Shown here: positions 23,143-24,000 of the stretch, one piece after another
Position numbering within the stretch: the stretch's first letter is position 1
Layout: every line of letters starts with the position of its first letter
Source of the DNA: Candidatus Woesebacteria bacterium
Lineage (GTDB): Bacteria > Patescibacteriota > Microgenomatia > UBA8517
Reading direction: 5' to 3'
DNA length: 24,000 bases
Assembly: GCA_016432525.1 (NCBI GenBank)
Contig: CP066693.1
Coordinates: 689,773-713,772 of the forward strand
The notes under the pieces: generated by a model
What the model saw: the letters and a program-made list of their open reading frames with translations, nothing else
Database searches by the model: none
Told to the model about the DNA's origin: nothing
Translations under genes and position numbers: made by a program

Positions 23143-24000
23143 ATGAAAAAATATCTTATCTTTATCTTTGTTGCAACTCTCTCAAGCTTGATTGGCCTTT
23201 TTGTTGGACTCAAACTCGTGTCAAAATCAGAAGTAAAAGAAACCCCCAAGCCAGCAGAAAGAACAATGGATAAATACTCAATTGAAAATCTTGCAAAAAT
23301 TCAAATTCCAAAAGGTGAAATTAAAGTAGAAAAAACTCTACAAGAAAATCCCACCTACACCTCATATCTTTTTACTCACAATTTTGATCCAACTTTAGAA
23401 AACAAAAACGAAGCTTCTATCTCAGGCCAATTAAATGTCCCAAAAGAAAGCTCAAACTTTCCAGTTATAGTAATGGTAAGAGGCTATGTCGACAAAGAAA
23501 TTTATCAAACTGGAGTGGGAACTCAGCACGCCGGAGAATTTTTTGCACAAAACGGATTCATAACAATTGCCCCAGATTTTCTGGGGTATGGCACGTCCAG
23601 TCCTGAATCAAAAGATGTTTTAGAATCCCGCTTCCAAACCTATACAACAGTTTTAAGTATTCTTGAATCGTTAAGTTCAGTTCAAAAATGGGATCAGAAA
23701 AACGTATTTATTTGGGCTCACTCAAATGGGGGACAAATCGCTCTAACTACCCTAACAATTACAGGGAAGTCTTACCCAACTGTTCTTTGGGCACCGGTTT
23801 CCAAACCTTTTCCTTATTCAATTCTTTACTACACAGACGAACTTCCAGATGAAGGTAAATATTTAAGAGCTCAAATTGCAAAGTTTGAAAATCTCTATAA
23901 TGTAAATTTGTATTCTTTTGATAAATATCTGGATAGAATTAAAGCTCCAATTCAGGTAGAACAGGGGACTACCGACGACGCTGTCCCGGTCAAATGGACA
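23143..24000 (+). CDS. Exported alpha/beta hydrolase (prolyl oligopeptidase/dienelactone hydrolase-like), truncated by window edge
   Basis: Signal-anchor MKKYLIFIFVATLSSLIGLFVGLKL; PVIVMVRGYVDKE...FAQNGFITIAPDFLGYG...VFIWAHSNGGQIAL (nucleophile-elbow-like). Confidence 0.8.
   Translation, partial: MKKYLIFIFVATLSSLIGLFVGLKLVSKSEVKETPKPAERTMDKYSIENLAKIQIPKGEIKVEKTLQENPTYTSYLFTHNFDPTLENKNEASISGQLNVPKESSNFPVIVMVRGYVDKEIYQTGVGTQHAGEFFAQNGFITIAPDFLGYGTSSPESKDVLESRFQTYTTVLSILESLSSVQKWDQKNVFIWAHSNGGQIALTTLTITGKSYPTVLWAPVSKPFPYSILYYTDELPDEGKYLRAQIAKFENLYNVNLYSFDKYLDRIKAPIQVEQGTTDDAVPVKWT

Overview
This AT-rich bacterial window has the gene content and style of a Patescibacteria/CPR genome (taxonomy is inference). 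The backbone carries pyrG, a DRG-type GTPase, glycyl-tRNA synthetase with DsbB and DsbA, a Y-family DNA polymerase, a GH-A-like glycoside hydrolase, a DUF192 protein and twelve tRNA genes. The main item of interest is a ~7.46 kb element (about 6051-13520) that appears to split a minus-strand tRNA array. It lies next to the 3' end of tRNA-Leu(GAG) and is flanked by the direct repeat CTGTGC. It encodes a large serine recombinase and an 803-aa protein with a canonical Fic motif (HAFDDGNGRLSR) and a C-terminal region resembling an ADP-ribosyltransferase (R...STS...EQE). It also encodes unknown proteins of 347, 167 and 64 aa. The Fic-ART protein and the 347-aa protein share an acidic C-terminal tail (L[SG]ASTLxKLxDxHLFDExDD) encoded by mostly different codons. 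The element also contains an intact inverted copy of its own end-to-end junction (11751-11936), a dense hairpin array, a shared motif upstream of two cargo genes, and an outward-facing promoter. Outside the element I note a candidate structured small RNA (19805-19885), a GIY-YIG gene with two frameshifts, an ATGA-linked chain of tiny membrane-protein ORFs, and a recurring TGGTATAAT extended -10 motif. All calls come from reading the sequence; no database search was run.
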